A DNA stretch of 63,742 nucleotides, filler included, from Octopus bimaculoides (GCF_001194135.2; 6 parts of 6 records of this genome joined end to end with filler, not necessarily neighbours in it), one strand, 5' to 3'; shown: positions 1 to 12,323, counted from the first letter of the whole stretch. A program made the numbers and translations. The notes: generated from the sequence alone by a model not told the origin.

Positions 1-199
1 ATATGCTTATGTAATGACAGTAGTGTTCTAGTGAGAACTGGGCGCAGCTGCCACACTCCGTTCTGCAACCCGAATATTTAGTGATAAGGCACAGAGTATG
101 AATCGAGAAGACAGTATTTTACGTACAGCCACTTTTAGCTCTTCCTTTGATTCAGGAATTAACTTAGCATTTCTCCCATGAAACACAAAGTTCGTTGCT

Positions 200-672
200 C
201 TGTATAAACATTTTTTTCCCTTTTTCTTAGATGTTTCCCATCAATGTTAAACACAGGTAGTCCTTTTTATCGTTTCACTTTGTCTGTAATCCCATTTGTT
301 ATTATGTGAGCTTCTCTGATTCCTCTACTGGCTCTTGTATTCAGAAATGTTTCTGTTTCATCGGCTTTCATTTTCAAGAATCTCCTTTCATCTCTTCTTT
401 TTCAATTTTCTGTTGATACTCTAATATTTAGTTATTTTCACTTTAAGCTTCATCTTATTCCTTTCCCAACTTTCAACAATTCGTTTTTGTTCCGTTTCCT
501 TCCTTTTAATCTTTCTTTTGCTCAAAACAACCTCGGCTACATTCGGGCATACTTCCTTTGCATTCTTTAACTTACCATTGTTGTCTACATTTTCAACTAT
601 AGCCTCAAGCGGCACAAATCGGTTTCCACATTGAACTACAAATTTATCTTTAATTATATCAGCCTCCAACAT
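200..672 (-). mobile_element. Decayed RTE-like LINE fragment (linker between endonuclease and RT)
   Basis: Translations DKFVVQCGNRFVPLE...AKEVCPNVAEVVLSKRK and RRDERRFLKMKADETE...GLPVFNIDGKHL resemble the RTE-clade linker. Broken by stops and frameshifts. Confidence 0.5.
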
Positions 673-1578
673 TTTTTATATCAAATTTAGTAATCCCTTC
701 CCTATTTTTCTTGAGCCTTAAGCTTTAACTGAATTGCTTTTATTACTAACTGATGGTCACTTGTGATATCTGGGCCTTAATAGGTTCTACCACTGAGCAG
801 GGATTTTTAACGTTGCATATGTATCAAAATATAATCTATGNNNNNNNNNNNNNNNNNNNNNNNNNNNNNNNNNNNNNNNNNNNNNNNNNNNNNNNNNNNN
901 NNNNNNNNNNNNNNNNNNNNNNNNNNNNNNNNNNNNNNNNNNNNNNNNNNNNNNNNNNNNNNNNNNNNNNNNNNNNNNNNNNNNNNNNNNNNNNNNNNNN
1001 NNNNNNNNNNNNNNNNNNNNNNNNNNNNNNNNNNNNNNNNNNNNNNNNNNNNNNNNNNNNNNNNNNNNNNNNNNNNNNNNNNNNNNNNNNNNNNNNNNNN
1101 NNNNNNNNNNNNNNNNNNNNNNNNNNNNNNNNNNNNNNNNNNNNNNNNNNNNNNNNNNNNNNNNNNNNNNNNNNNNNNNNNNNNNNNNNNNNNNNNNNNN
1201 NNNNNNNNNNNNNNNNNNNNNNNNNNNNNNNNNNNNNNNNNNNNNNNNNNNNNNNNNNNNNNNNNNNNNNNNNNNNNNNNNNNNNNNNNNNNNNNNNNNN
1301 NNNNNNNNNNNNNNNNNNNNNNNNNNNNNNNNNNNNNNNNNNNNNNNNNNNNNNNNNNNNNNNNNNNNNNNNNNNNNNNNNNNNNNNNNNNNNNNNNNNN
1401 NNNNNNNNNNNNNNNNNNNNNNNNNNNNNNNNNNNNNNNNNNNNNNNNNNNNNNNNNNNNNNNNNNNNNNNNNNNNNNNNNNNNNNNNNNNNNNNNNNNN
1501 NNNNNNNNNNNNNNNNNNNNNNNNNNNNNNNNNNNNNNNNNNNNNNNNNNNNNNNNNNNNNNNNNNNNNNNNNNNNNN

Positions 1579-1616
<38 letters not shown>

Positions 1617-1768
1617 TCCTCGTCTCAAAAATATAGAATCGTATTACCCAATTGATATAGTACCGACATGAGACATCAAGGTAGGTTTATAAACCTTAAA
1701 AATCCACTCTGACTCTGCCTATGAGTATAGCGCAGTGGATGAATGCGCTGAACTACATACAGTCACAA

Positions 1769-1975
1769 GACATCTGAAGAAGGCTGAAACGTAGTGAAGC
1801 ATTCCCAATAATACGTAATCTCCTTTATTTTCTTGTGTATCAAGAGAGTAAGCTGTTTTTCACGGATTTTTAAAGCTTCAGATAGAAGAGTTTTCGAATT
1901 ATAGCGCAACTACTTAGGTATTTCTAAGAGCTGAAGTAACTCTCTGTTATTACTCTGAGTTTTCACCCCTGTCGC
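1769..1975. mobile_element. Penelope-like element terminal relic: hammerhead remnant (plus) facing a GIY-YIG C-terminal remnant (minus)
   Basis: gacat-CTGAAGA-A-ggct-GAAA-C-GTA-gtg at 1769-1796 with stem II deleted. The minus strand near 1840-1900 reads LLSEALKIREKQLTL, like the PLE endonuclease end (xEALxIxxxxPxLN). Confidence 0.45.
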
Positions 1976-2064
1976 TGTAGTAAACAGTTCTTTACTTTAA
2001 ATTTACCACTAGTTTTCCACTACACATGTGTGCTGGTGTGTGAGTGAATGTGTGTATGTCTATG

Positions 2065-2102
<38 letters not shown>

Positions 2103-2129
2103 GGCCATTATTATGATTGACCGTTGACT

Positions 2130-2335
2130 GAACACTATTCAATTTTTTTCTCCGTGTTTTTCTCCTTGTCTCCGTATTCTTTCTGTTGAAGAGCGTAGCT
2201 CGAAGCGTCAAAGACTTTCCGTATTCCCGAGCGTCATACTAATATATACTTTTGTTATTTACACCACCTGTCCTCGTCTGTTGTTATTATTTGTATATTC
2301 TCCCATATATATATATATAAATATATACACACACA
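2130..2335 (+). mobile_element. PLE-terminus-like repeat with hammerhead-like motif, between (TA)n arrays
   Basis: TCTTT-CTGTTGA-A-GAGC gta GCTC-GAAG-C-GTC-AAAGA at 2178-2214. Stems I and II pair perfectly; two core positions are substituted. Confidence 0.5.
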
Positions 2336-3625
2336 AGCACGTATATCTTTTACTTGTTTCAATCTCTCCCTGTCTCTCTCTTTCTGTGTGTGTGTGTGTA
2401 TGTGTGTAAACATGTATGTATGTATGTTTGCGTTTATGCTGTTGCTCAATAACTGCTATTCGCCCCTACTTGATCAGCTCTCGATAACAATTATCATAAA
2501 TTTGCTTCTAAGAAAACCTCTACAAATTTATCATAAATGATTACACTTCGTTTCCGTAAAGTATTTGCCGCTTATTTACTAACCCGTTTTTTTCCTTTTT
2601 TTCCATCTGTTCTTTTATTCTTCTTATTGTTGCATTTTTCCTTATTATTATGTTGTATTATTATCTCGTCATGACTTGTGTATTCTTGATCTTGTTATGT
2701 TGATGTCGTTCTTGTTGTTACGCCACACCCTTCGTTATCTCTATTAGGTGAAGGTCGACAGTGTGAAAAAAAAACTTGTGTCCCGCTATGATTACAAGTT
2801 GATATCTACAACACAATTAAATCTATAGCAGAGATTTCGTATCTCTGTCCACATGGGCATTCTTCGTTATTTAACTACCCTAAATAAATTATCTAAACAT
2901 CACGAACATAAAAACACGTAGACACTGAAACAGCGTCAGTATCATTCGTCTGATTATCCCTAAATCAAGTTCTCTGGCTACATTTCGGCTGAACGCACCA
3001 GTACAATATATAGACACCTAGGTGATCCACCGAGGTTGCCTCAAGGGGATCGCTTAACCTGTTAGAGTTAACAATCAAATATACTTGTCATGAAATCCTT
3101 AAAAATAATGAATATATTGGAACGTGTTGGGATTTTCCAAGCTGGAATATTTTTGGTCATTAGTTTCCATGGTTAGGTCGAATTTGGATCAGAGTTGGTG
3201 TCCGGCGTGTTGGAAGCTCGCCGGGAGTCAGGTACCCCTCAGCTTTTGCTAAAGCGTGTCTCTAAGAGAAAATCAGATAAGCAAAGCAGAGCATTGAAAA
3301 TGGTTCCACTCCCTATTTTTTGAGCCTGCGATCCATATTGGCGCTGGATATCTTACCCTGGTTTATCTACGAATCCTTTCAGTATCGGGAGAAGGTCTGT
3401 AAGGCGCTGTGCAAGCCTTATTGGACGTAAAATTTCAGGTTGTGCAAATCGCCGGCAATGCAATTATCCGATGCCCTGTTGAGTAGGAGGGCGCCGTGCC
3501 AAGCATGGAAGCTACGGACGCAAACCTGAATGAAGCCAGCATCTGGTACAATAACCTCATGCACCGGCATTGCTGGCCTTTTGTATGGGCAGCCATTTTG
3601 CAAGGACACCTATTATATGTATGTG

Positions 3626-3639
3626 GGTATATATGTATG

Positions 3640-3673
<34 letters not shown>

Positions 3674-3742
3674 TGTATGTGTGTATATGTATGTATGCAC
3701 GAGTGTGTGTATGTGTGCGTGCGCGCGTGCGGTGTGTGTGCG
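3626..3742. repeat. Compound (TATG)n/(TG)n microsatellite
   Basis: Directly visible. Confidence 0.95.
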
Positions 3743-4031
3743 TATAACAACACTCTTGGGCTGAGGTCCACTACAGTTGTTTCAGACGTTTATTTTATTG
3801 ATAAATAAATCAATTACATCATGTAAAAAAGAAAAATCTTTCCTTCACGTGAATTAAGAGTAACATTTAACGTTTAGAATATTCCACACAAATGGTGTAT
3901 AATGCATATTGACCCTCTCATATCGGTGCTAGCTGAGTGAGGAAATAGGGAATGCTGTTTCGATACTAATTATACATAGTAATAAATCAATCAGCACCTT
4001 CCATGGAGGGTTTCCTTGATGGAAGGTGTGA

Positions 4032-4145
4032 TGTGTGTGTGTGTGTGTGTGTGTAGAAAGAAAGAAAGAAAGAAAGAAAGAAAAAAGAAAGAAAAAAGAA
4101 AGAAAAAAGAAAGAAAAAAGAAAGAAAAAAGAAAGAAAGAAAGAT
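4032..4145. repeat. (TG)n followed by GAAA-type microsatellite
   Basis: Directly visible. Confidence 0.95.
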
Positions 4146-4306
4146 AAAAAGGAAGGAAGGAGTAGTTGATCCCACTACTTCACTGGTACTTTAGTTATCG
4201 AGCCTTCACAGAAAAAAAAGAAAGCTGATCGCGGCAGAATATAAACTCAAAGTGCAGAAAGCAGGAACAAAAGACCTCAAAATACTCTATCTGATGTTCT
4301 AATGGT

Positions 4307-4594
4307 GGAGGCGCAATGGCCCAGTGGTTAGGGCAGCGGACTCGCGGTCATACGATCGAGGTTTCGATTCCCAGACCGGGCGTTGTGAGTGTTTATTGAG
4401 CGAAAACACCTAAAGCTCCACGAGGCTCCGGCAGGGGACGGTGGCGAACCCTGGTGTATTCTTTCACCACAACTTTCTCTCCCTCTTACTTCCTGTTTCT
4501 GTTGTACCTGTAATTCAAAGGGTCAGCCTTGTCACACTGTGTCACACTGTGTCACGCTGAATATCCCCGAGAACTACGTTAAGGGTACACGTGT
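4307..4594 (+). mobile_element. tRNA-derived SINE, family A (young), running into a gap
   Basis: Head GGAGGCGCAATGGCCCAGTGGTTAGG with A box and B-box-like GGTTTCGATTCC. Near-identical to copies at 12324, 24408 and 44004. Confidence 0.9.
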
Positions 4595-4837
4595 NNNNNN
4601 NNNNNNNNNNNNNNNNNNNNNNNNNNNNNNNNNNNNNNNNNNNNNNNNNNNNNNNNNNNNNNNNNNNNNNNNNNNNNNNNNNNNNNNNNNNNNNNNNNNN
4701 NNNNNNNNNNNNNNNNNNNNNNNNNNNNNNNNNNNNNNNNNNNNNNNNNNNNNNNNNNNNNNNNNNNNNNNNNNNNNNNNNNNNNNNNNNNNNNNNNNNN
4801 NNNNNNNNNNNNNNNNNNNNNNNNNNNNNNNNNNNNN

Positions 4838-5193
4838 ACTGCCTTTAGTCGAGCAAATCGACACCAGAGCTTATTCTTTGGAAGCCTAGTACTTATTCTA
4901 TCGGTCTCGTTTTGCCGAACCACTAAGTTACGGGGACGTAAACACACCAGCATCGGTTGTCAAGCGATGTTGCGGGGACACACAAACACACAAACACACG
5001 CACATACATATATACATATATATATATATACATATATACGACGGGCTTCTTTCAGTTTCCGTCTACCAAATCCACTCATAAGGCATTGGTCGGCCCGAGG
5101 CTATAGTAGAAGACACTTGCCCAATGTGCCACGCAGTGGGACTGAACCCAGAACCATGTGGCTGGTAAGCAAGCTACTTACCACACAGCCATA
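4838..5193 (-). mobile_element. tRNA-derived CORE-type SINE, family B (OR2-like), with internal (TA)n
   Basis: Reverse complement of the family at 8405: head GGCTGTGTGGTAAG..GGTTCAGTCCC, CORE-like GGCACxTTGGGCAAGTGTCTTCTACTATAGCC, internal microsatellite. Confidence 0.85.
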
Positions 5194-5234
5194 CAAATCG
5201 GACAACAATAATAAATGTTCCTTCAGTAGTGTCT

Positions 5235-5536
5235 TTATCTATTGTCTTTTATCCGTTTCAGTTGTTGGACTGCGGCCATGCTGGGGCACCGCCTTGAAGG
5301 ACTTTTTCTCGAACGAATCGACTCCAGTGCTTATGTTTTTTTAAGTATGGTACTTATTTTATCGAATCTTTTACCGAACCGCTAAGTTACGAGAACGTAA
5401 ACAAACCGACACCGGTTATCAAGCAGTGGTGATGGACAAACACAATCACAGACGTGCACGCGTATATATGTGTGTCTGTGTGTGTGTGAGTGTCTGTTCT
5501 TTTACCCCTCACCACAGCTTGATATGTGTGTGTGTA

Positions 5537-5567
<31 letters not shown>

Positions 5568-5845
5568 ATGTATGTCATCATCATCATCATCGTTTAACAT
5601 CCTCTTCCCATGCTAGCTTTGGTTGGACGGTTTTGACATGGAGCTGGTTAGCAGGGAGCTGTCCAGACACCCGGGCTTCTTTCAGTTTCCGTCTACCAAA
5701 TTCACTCACATGGCAATGGTCGGCACGGGGCTATTGTAGAAAAAAAGCACTTATCCAAGGTGTCATGCAGCGAGACTGAACTCGCAACCATGTGGATGGG
5801 AAATATAAGAAACTTTTTCTCTCTTTTAACCATGCTACCTACTTA
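5235..5845 (-). mobile_element. Family B SINE interrupted by an RTE-tail SINE fragment (about 5571-5670)
   Basis: Family B tail and head flank a (CAT)n-CGTTTAAC..CATGCTAGC fragment that matches the 42240 element. Confidence 0.7.
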
Positions 5846-5857
5846 CTAATAGAAAAT

Positions 5858-6716
5858 ATTGGTTTTAAATTTTGGCGCTAGGCCAGTGATTTTGGGTGAG
5901 CGGTACGTCGATTACCCATAGTTGCACAACTGGTACATATTTCATCGACCCTGAAAGCATTAAAGCTTAACTTGACCCCGGCGGAATTTGAACTCAAAAC
6001 GTAAAGACGGACGAAATGTCGCTAAGCATTTTGTCCTGCGCGGTAACGATTCTGCTACTTCACCACATTTACTCATGGAAAAAATACTGGGTTCAATTTT
6101 TAGCACAAGGCCAGCAATTTCGGGGAAGGGTGCCAGTCGATTATATTGAACCCAGTGCTCAACTGGTACTTACTTTATCGAACCTTAAAGGAATGAAAGG
6201 CGGAATTTGAACTCAGAACGTAAAGCCGGACGAAATACCAAAATACCAGTAAGCATTTTCTCCTGCGCGGTAACGATTCTGCCGGCTCGCTGCCCTTACT
6301 CATGGAAAAGAATATTCTTTTCTACTCTAGGCACAAGTCCCGAAATTTGGGGGGAGGGGTTCAGTCGATTAATTTAGCGACCCCGAAAGGACGAGAGGCA
6401 AAGTCGACCTCGGTGGAATTTGAACTCAGAACGCAAAGGCAGACGAAATACCACTAAGCATTTCGCCCAGCGTGCTAACGTTTCTCATTTCTTTACTACC
6501 CACAAGGGGCTACACACAGAGGGGACAAACAAGGACAGACAAACGGATTAAGTCGATTATATCTGCTGCAGTGCGTAACTGGTACTTATTTAATCGACCC
6601 CGAAAGGATGAAAGGCAAAGTCGACCTCGGCGGAATTTGAACTCAGAACGTAACGGCAGATTAAATACCACTAAACATTTCGACCGGCGTGCAAACGTTT
6701 CTGCCAGCTCCCCGCC
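5858..6716 (-). mobile_element. Head-to-tail array of four family C SINEs (tRNA head plus Meta-like central domain)
   Basis: Each copy has GAGTTCAAATTCC (B box) and GTCGAC..GCCTTTCATCCTTTCGGGGTCGA. A 14-bp TSD TTACTCATGGAAAA lies at 6069-6082 and 6296-6309. Three different tail types are present. Confidence 0.85.
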
Positions 6717-7033
6717 TTGTCATAGAAAAAAAAATATTGACAACCGAAAGTATCGCCCTTAAAAGAATGCGAACCAACATTTTTACAACCTGGCACGGTA
6801 TCGATTCAACCAACAATGTTTGTCATTTGGTACATGAGGACCTAGCAGATAAAGACATTAAGGGATTGTTATGTTGAGACAAGATGCAGCAATGTGAATT
6901 AAGAAATGGAATATGTTAACGTAAAAGCATTGCGATTAGCTTCTGTTGTAACAAAGTATCAAGACATAGATATGGGCTCGGATTTGCAAGGATTTGTTTT
7001 GGCATACCATTCCGTTACTGTATTAACAGATCA

Positions 7034-7065
7034 TGCGTCATTTTATAAATTCATCACGTCATTGG
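7034..7065 (-). promoter_or_regulatory. Candidate core promoter motif cluster (CCAAT, CRE-like TGACGTGA, TATAAAA)
   Basis: On the minus strand: CCAAT 7065-7061, TGACGTGA 7061-7054, TATAAAA 7047-7041, in a non-repetitive island. Motif match only. Confidence 0.25.
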
Positions 7066-7378
7066 CTCAGCTGCGAATTGTGAATTTGGATGACGGTAAC
7101 ATCTGTACTTATCCGTGCGTATAGGTGCGCGTGAGATCTTGCTTCTTTGTGTGTGTGTGTCTGTGTGTGTGGGTGGGTGTATATGTGTGTTTGCGTGTGC
7201 ATGTGTGTGTATATGCATGTGTGTGAGCGTACGCTGCGCATGTACTATAGTTTGTATGCATATACATATGTCAGTATATGTATACTTATAATTATCATGA
7301 GATTTAGATTGTGCAGTAACATGTGGTTGTGTTTGATTCTTTTTGATAAAAACAATAATTCCGATGTTTATATGCAGC

Positions 7379-7420
<42 letters not shown>

Positions 7421-7734
7421 NNNNNNNNNNNNNNNNNNNNNNNNNNNNNNNNNNNNNNNNNNNNNNNNNNNNNNNNNNNNNNNNNNNNNNNNNNNNNNNN
7501 NNNNNNNNNNNNNNNNNNNNNNNNNNNNNNNNNNNNNNNNNNNNNNNNNNNNNNNNNNNNNNNNNNNNNNNNNNNNNNNNNNNNNNNNNNNNNNNNNNNN
7601 NCATACACACGCATACGCACACATACACACTCATGCACACACATGTGTGTGTGTATGTATGGGCATGAATGATTGTAGCTGTAGTAAGTACATATAAATA
7701 TGCTTACACACGAACATATATACTTGTCTTCCTC

Positions 7735-7766
7735 AGATAGATAGATATATAGATAAGTACATAGAC

Positions 7767-7845
<79 letters not shown>
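7735..7845. repeat. (GATA)n microsatellite
   Basis: Directly visible. Confidence 0.95.
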
Positions 7846-7846
<1 letters not shown>

Positions 7847-8404
7847 CTCGCGCGTTACGGAAACGTGTTCTTGAAAATTTTGCTATAGATAGCATAGAAT
7901 TCTGTCAGTCGAAATTCTCTATCTATTGATTTTCTCGTTACATAGAAATCAATGATCATGGAAATCGTGGGTGGGGAATACGCTTCGCATTACAAAATTC
8001 CACATCACAACAAAAGATGAGGTGACGAAAGTTACCTTCACAGATAAATTCCATTTATTGATGAGGCAGCTGTCTCATCCACAAAAGTTATACGAAGCCT
8101 TATCAACAGATCCTCGCGAGTGTGCGACCATTTAGTCTCAGAACCAGTCTTAAAAAAATCCAAGAACAAGAACCCCTCCTCATATATAAAAAAGGGAATA
8201 TATTTGCCGTGTTATAAAATGTTCAGTAAATTCACTTCACCGTTTATGGACTTTAAATGCAGAACAAGAAATAGATCGGCAAAGCAGCGTCACTGTGTCA
8301 TGACTGGCTTTGAAAATATGGGAAATTAAACAGCTCAAAGCATCTACCAAAGTCAAAGTGCATAGCGCTTGTGTGCTAAGCACACTTATGGCAGTAAATC
8401 GTAT

Positions 8405-8830
8405 GCGCAGGTGTGGCTTTGTGGTAAGAAGCTTGCTTCCCAACCACATGGTCTTAGGTTCAGTCTCACTGCGTGGAACCTTCCGTGAGTATCTTCTACT
8501 GTAGTATTGGGCTGACCAAAACCTTGTGAGTGGATTTGGTAGACGGAAACTAAAAGAAGCGCGTCGTGTATGTGTGTGTGTATGTCTTTGTGTCTGCGTT
8601 TGGGTGTGTCATTGTGTTTGTGTTTATCCCACACCACCGCTTTACAACTGGCTTTACTGTGTTTACGTTCCTGTAACTTAGCGGTTTGGCAAAAGAAAAC
8701 GGTTGGATAAGTATTAGTCTTAAAAAACGTAAGTCCTGCTGTCGATTTCTTCGACTATAATAAACCCTTCGAGAGAGTGCCCCACAATGGCCGCAATGAA
8801 ATGATTGAAACAAGTAAAATAAATAAGACA
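8405..8830 (+). mobile_element. Family B (CORE-type, OR2-like) SINE, full length
   Basis: tRNA-like head, CORE-like segment, internal (TG)n and AAAATAAA-type tail. Confidence 0.85.
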
Positions 8831-8854
8831 AATACATATGTGTGTGTATGTGTG

Positions 8855-8885
<31 letters not shown>

Positions 8886-8931
8886 ATCCATATGTATATA
8901 TATACATACATATATATGTATATATACATGT

Positions 8932-8962
<31 letters not shown>

Positions 8963-9589
8963 TGCATACATATATACATGTATGTATGCATTTATTTGAA
9001 TGCATGTATGTATATGTATGCATACAGAAACATGTAAAAGACAAAAGATAAAGATCGTGTTTGTCAAAGTAAAACAAACCTCAAGTCTTTCATGTAAGGC
9101 GTAGGACTAGATGCATACGCAGGACGCTTGAACTCGAACGGTGAGACAAGATCTGCAAATCTGGCCTATTTATCTCGGCATACACACCTCCACCACATTT
9201 TCTTTCCTGCTGCACTAACGATGCCTTAGATGACTGGGGCGCGCTCGTCGCATGGATGATAGTCGTACTAGAAAAGGCCTGCTGTGTGATGAACTTACAA
9301 CTCGATCAAAAAGCCTGGTGCTTATTCTATCAGTCTCTTCTGCCGAACCCTCGAAGATGCAAGGACGCAAACACACCAACCTCGGTTGTCAAGTGATAGT
9401 GATGAGGCGAAACAAACACAGACACAAACACACATTATTCATGACTAAATCTCTTTCCCACTTCTTCATTGTTAAAAGTAAAGAAGTTAAAATATATCGA
9501 TCGTATTTCAGTCTAATTATCATTTTAAATGACTGAGGCTTCCCTTTCTCTGTCTCTATTGCTTCATTCCTTTTCTCTACGGTTAAGAG

Positions 9590-9915
9590 AGAGAAAGTGC
9601 GTGGCTCAGTGGTTAGGGGTATTCGGTCCACGATCGTAAAATCATTATTACGTTTCCCGGTGGGGCACTGTGTTCTTGAGCAAGGCACTCTATTACACTT
9701 TGCTGTAGTCCACTCAGCTGGCAAAAATGAGTTGTAGCTGTAATTCAAAGAAGTCAGCCTTGTCACATTGTGTGCGAGGTTGAATCTCGCTGAGAACTAC
9801 GTCAATTGTATGCATGTCTATGGAATACTCGGTCACTTGCACATTAATTTTGCGAGCATACTTTTCCGTTGATCAGATAAGCATGAACCTCGTCGTCGTA
9901 ACCGACGGAGTGCCA
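9590..9915 (+). mobile_element. Older family A' SINE: tRNA head, CORE-like box and family A 3' half
   Basis: GTGGCTCAGTGGTTAGG head; GTGTTCTTGAGCAAGGCACT..CCACTCAGCTGGCAAAAATGAGT; ends CGACGGAGTGCCA like family A. A partial copy lies at 10233-10380. Confidence 0.75.
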
Positions 9916-10444
9916 TTTTTAAAACAAAGTGAAAGAAAAGGACATGTTCCATATTGTAAGTATGTTTAGTAAAAGCAGTGAAAACTAAGACGAAATAATT
10001 GCTATTCCATCGTGTACTCGCCCTCGACACATGCTCAGTTTGATAACAACAGCTTGCGCATTGGTGTTTATCTGAGGGCTTGGCCTCCAAATCTGTGAGA
10101 CCCACAAATGCCGCTGTTAGGACCAGATTAGCACTCAAAGTGACCCTTACAACTAAAAACATTTTCCTGTCCCTATATAGGATCTTTTTTTTCGTTTTCT
10201 TCCAACCACCTGAAGGTTTATCTTGCTTCAGTACGCTCAGCTGGCCAAAATGAGTTGCAGCTGTAATTCGAAAGAGCCAGCCTTGTCACATTCTGTGTAA
10301 GGCTGAATCTCCTTGAGAACTACGTTAATGGTATGCATGTCTGTGGAGTACAGTACTCAGTCACTTGCGCGTTAATTTTATCCTCGTGTAGTAATGAAAA
10401 ATGAAATTTACATATAATATTTGCTGTAGTTATTTGTCTTTGAT

Positions 10445-10930
10445 TTAACAATGTGTCTATGGATCTATGTATCTACTTTTTTTCTGTCTATGTATTTACT
10501 TTTATTTCGATTTATGTATCAGTCTACTCTGAAAATACTGATAAACATTTAAAAATACAAAATGAATACCACCTTCCTTTCAGTCACCACTCACTGTCAC
10601 TCTCACTCCCTCTCTCTCCCTCTCCCACTCTTTCTTTCTGTCTCACTTCCTCTCTGTCTTTCCTCTCTCCCGCTTTTAATTGAACAATGTATGAATTTAT
10701 CTATGTATGTATCTATCTACTTTTTCTTTCGATGTATGCATCAGTCTACTCTGAAAATACTGATAAACATTTAAAAACAAAAAAAGGAACGCCACCTTCC
10801 TTTCAGTCACCATTCACTGTCTTTCTCACTTTCTCTCTCTCACTTTCTTTCTCTCACTTCCTCTCTATCCCTCCTCTCCCCTGCCTTGCCACTCTTTCGC
10901 TTTTTCTTTATCCTTTTTACCTCTTCCTTT
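10445..10930 (+). repeat. Diverged tandem duplication of a unit of about 240 bp
   Basis: TATCAGTCTACTCTGAAAATACTGATAAACATTTAAAA and CCACCTTCCTTTCAGTCACCA each occur twice, about 240 bp apart. Confidence 0.85.
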
Positions 10931-11402
10931 GAAATAAGTGTGACAGACACCACAGGTACGTACGTAAAAAGACAAAAGTTAGCATATTAATATTATTGAT
11001 GTGTGTGTTTGAGTATGAGTGTGCACTGCATAAAAATATATAAGCCCAACATGAGAATAACCAACATCAACTCTGACACCTGAGAGGTAGTAGTAGTAAT
11101 AATAAGATTTCATGATGACAGCATGTATCGCAGAGATTGAGAAGCGGAAGGCAAGAACTATCCGAATGTTTGGATGAACAAATCTGACAAAAGCAACACA
11201 AGTCATCTTATAAAATATCGATATGCAAGATGCACTCAACAAACCACCAATCGTTAGATGCCAAATTGGCTGCCGAAACCATGTCAAAGATTTCACTGCA
11301 CAAACATTTCACACAGTACTCTTTTTCTACCCTTTCCTCGACTGGGTCTCTGTATAATCTGAAAGACTAACGGGTGAAACCAATTTTTTTCTCCCTCCTA
11401 AC

Positions 11403-11445
<43 letters not shown>

Positions 11446-11589
11446 TCTCACTTCCCCTACTCCTCAAGTTCTTTCATGCTCTGTGTGTGTGTGTGTGTCT
11501 GTGTGTGTGTTTGTGTGTGTGTGTATGTGTTTGTGTGTGTGTGTGTGTGAATGTGTGTGTGTTTGTATGTGCGCGCGCACGTAATGAAT

Positions 11590-12100
11590 GAACTAAAATA
11601 CAAAAACACTAGAGGGACAAGTTTTTCACAAAGGTCTATTAGTTTCACTCTTGAAAACAAAAACAAAGGAAGAAGCTTTGACGTTTCGGACATAGAATTC
11701 TTTATCAGAAAAAGGAAAAAAAGGAAAATGAGAAAAGTGGTGGAAAATGAGAAAAGTGGTGGAAAAAAGAAAAGAGAAAAAAAGTTAGGAGCTAGGTGGC
11801 ACTAAAGTTCTATGGAGAGGAGTTAAGAAGAGAGGAAGAGGCGGGGGTTGGATCCATGTAAATGAGAGTATCTGTTGAAGAAGAAGGGCATTGGTGGGTG
11901 AACGGTGTGGGGCACAGGGGCTTCGTTGGATTTGTGTGGAGTGGGGCGTAAATGAATTAAAGGTGAGGAGTTGTGGGAGCAGAAAATTGGGGGAACAGTG
12001 AAGAAATCAGTGTAGTAGGTGAGACATGAAGCAGGTAGAAGTAGAGGGAAAGTAAGAAATGGAGATAAAGGTGGAAAATAATAAGGGGAAAATTAAATAG
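11590..12100 (-). mobile_element. PLE-terminus-like relic with hammerhead-like motif
   Basis: Minus strand 11713-11676 reads ttttt-CTGATAA-A-GAATTCTATGTCC-GAAA-C-GTC-aaag. Downstream GAGTGAAACTAATA resembles GAGCGTCATACTAATA of the 2130 element. Confidence 0.4.
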
Positions 12101-12323
12101 CCAGAAAGGGAAATAGTTGTGCATAAAAGAGTGTGTAAAAGGAAAAAGAGGAAAAGAAGATACTTAAGAAATATATATGAATGATGTCTTTATTGGAAAG
12201 AGTTACCAAACGGAGAGATAATTACCAAAAAAAATTATAAATAAAAGAATGCAACTGAAAAGTATTAAAAAGAGGCAAGTACAAGTCCAAAGAATAAGGT
12301 TGTTAAGTCAATAACATGGAATA

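Noticed and set aside
3130-3610. GC-richer segment with short ORFs on both strands; similar segments at 50150-50460 and 51000-51430
   Set aside because: No recognisable motif in any frame. They are probably decayed transposon sequence but cannot be assigned.
4307-4385. tRNA-like sequences at SINE heads
   Set aside because: They lack complete acceptor stems and continue into SINE bodies with TSDs, so they are not called as tRNA genes.
10979-11296. Hydrophobic 105-aa ORF with a faint GPCR-like stretch (CVAFVRFVHP)
   Set aside because: It has no real DRY motif or supporting exons and ends in microsatellite-derived sequence.
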